Origin: Limisphaerales bacterium
GTDB taxonomy: Bacteria > Verrucomicrobiota > Verrucomicrobiia > Limisphaerales > JAJOIW01
Reading direction: 5' to 3'
Assembly: GCA_965657355.1 (NCBI GenBank)
Contig: CBFHOE010000006.1
Location: 111,217-175,216 of the forward strand
DNA length: 64,000 nt
Position 1 is the stretch's first letter; each line of letters begins with the position of its first letter. The translations under genes and the position numbers were made by a program. This document shows, one piece after another, positions 62,630-64,000 of the stretch. The notes below the pieces were generated by a model. It searched no databases and was not told where the DNA came from. It worked only from the letters and a program-made list of their open reading frames with translations.

Positions 62630-63206
62630 ATTGGATTCGGGTGAATCCATTCTTTGTTCTGTAGAAGCAATTGCTTTCGAGCTCGTCGAGGCGGTCGCAG
62701 GTCTCGCGGACCGAAACATCATCGAAAATGCGGCGCGTGCTGTTGTTCACTACTTTCGTGAAGAACTCCGCCGAGAGACGGTTAGTATTCATGAATTCAT
62801 TGATTCCCTCTCATTTGTTTTAAAAGAGTTTGGATATGAAGTGGAAATAAGAAATATCGAAAGCCAATATTCAGAAGAGCAGGGGGAATATTTGGGCGAA
62901 GTTGAAATAATGAAGGAAAGATCTCAGTCCAACTCTCTTGTTGAAATTTTAGAAAAACAGCGGAAAACAGGTGCATTAATGGAGCTAGGCTTCTTTAAAA
63001 AAATACGTGAGATTGTCGCTCATGAACTTCAGGGTAACCCTGACATCCTTCTTTTTACCGAATTAAGACCTTGTGTGCAGTCCATGCTGGCTTCTTCAAA
63101 GTGGACACGGCGTTGCGAACTATTTAGTCAGCAAATAATCTCCTACATCGAAGCGTGCCTTTGCCAAGACGGCAATGTAAGAAACATGCGGATGGTCATC
63201 CGTTGA
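62595..63206 (+). CDS. Hypothetical protein with an ATP-cone-like N-terminus
   Basis: 203-aa ORF overlapping nrdR; LVFELDSGE...VSIHEFIDSLSFVLKEFGY pattern. Confidence 0.6.
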   Translation: MIRPHSDYLVFELDSGESILCSVEAIAFELVEAVAGLADRNIIENAARAVVHYFREELRRETVSIHEFIDSLSFVLKEFGYEVEIRNIESQYSEEQGEYLGEVEIMKERSQSNSLVEILEKQRKTGALMELGFFKKIREIVAHELQGNPDILLFTELRPCVQSMLASSKWTRRCELFSQQIISYIEACLCQDGNVRNMRMVIR

Positions 63207-63220
63207 GTTAGACTTTTTGA

Positions 63221-63562
<342 letters not shown>

Positions 63563-63569
63563 TAAAATT

Positions 63570-64000
63570 AGGCTTTCGTTTCGGAGTGCTGCGGACGACC
63601 TCGCTTAAAGATTTATTCGTGAGTAAAACAGGCACATCCCGTGATACCTCAAAAAGAGTATGAACATGAGCGTATGTTAAAATAATGAGAGAGTTCAGAT
63701 CGCTGTCTTGGGCTGGCGTGTGAAACCCTTTTTTGGGTTTATTAAATAAAATGGATTGATCGTAATTGGAATCTGTAGATGGACACCTATCATTGCACAA
63801 AAGAGGTGTGAAATTCTATGATCCGATTCCTAAAAATGAAAAATGTAAAACTTTTTTCAATAAGCTTCTAAAAAACACACCTGAAGGTTAAGCCGTGATG
63901 GTGGCTCGTGCCCCCGTTATGTAACGCACTTACAAGGCTAGTAATTAGCTCAAACAGCTTACCCAGGGCTGATATATGAAACCCTTTCAGGGGCAATCAA
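63570..64000 (+). ncRNA. Candidate structured RNA (continues past the window end)
   Basis: Nested three-helix rod 63768-63830 and a five-way junction 63880-63991 with G-U pairs on the + strand. Confidence 0.5.

Overview
A 64-kb AT-rich bacterial chromosomal segment. Gene content suggests a flagellated Verrucomicrobiota lineage (inference from the planctomycete-type cytochrome c, the shared S-x-D-L-x-x-W...F-[FY]-R C-terminal domain, and the MnmG insertion). It appears to span the replication origin: a DnaA-box/GC-motif/DnaA-trio unwinding element sits directly upstream of dnaN, a second DnaA-box cluster lies 2.2 kb away, dnaA is not in the window, and two perfect parS palindromes lie inside mnmG and pgi. 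Housekeeping genes include typA (partial), eno, clpP, clpX, gap, recA, mnmG, pgi, glnD, purK, dnaN, iscS, uppP, fcl, nrdR and tRNA-Pro. Also present are late flagellar genes (fliD, flgM, fliS, fliC), a 2287-aa multidomain glycoside hydrolase, an ECF sigma operon, and a tyrosine-recombinase island next to a broken MBOAT/SGNH acylation pair. The most unusual signal is non-coding: several long intergenic regions (about 22.1-22.7, 36.6-37.2, 38.0-38.8, 48.9-50.0 and 63.6-64.0 kb) fold by eye into dense nested helices whose G-U pairs pick one strand. The largest is a ~1.06-kb candidate structured RNA right after flagellin. All helices were found by eye; no folding energies or database searches were run.
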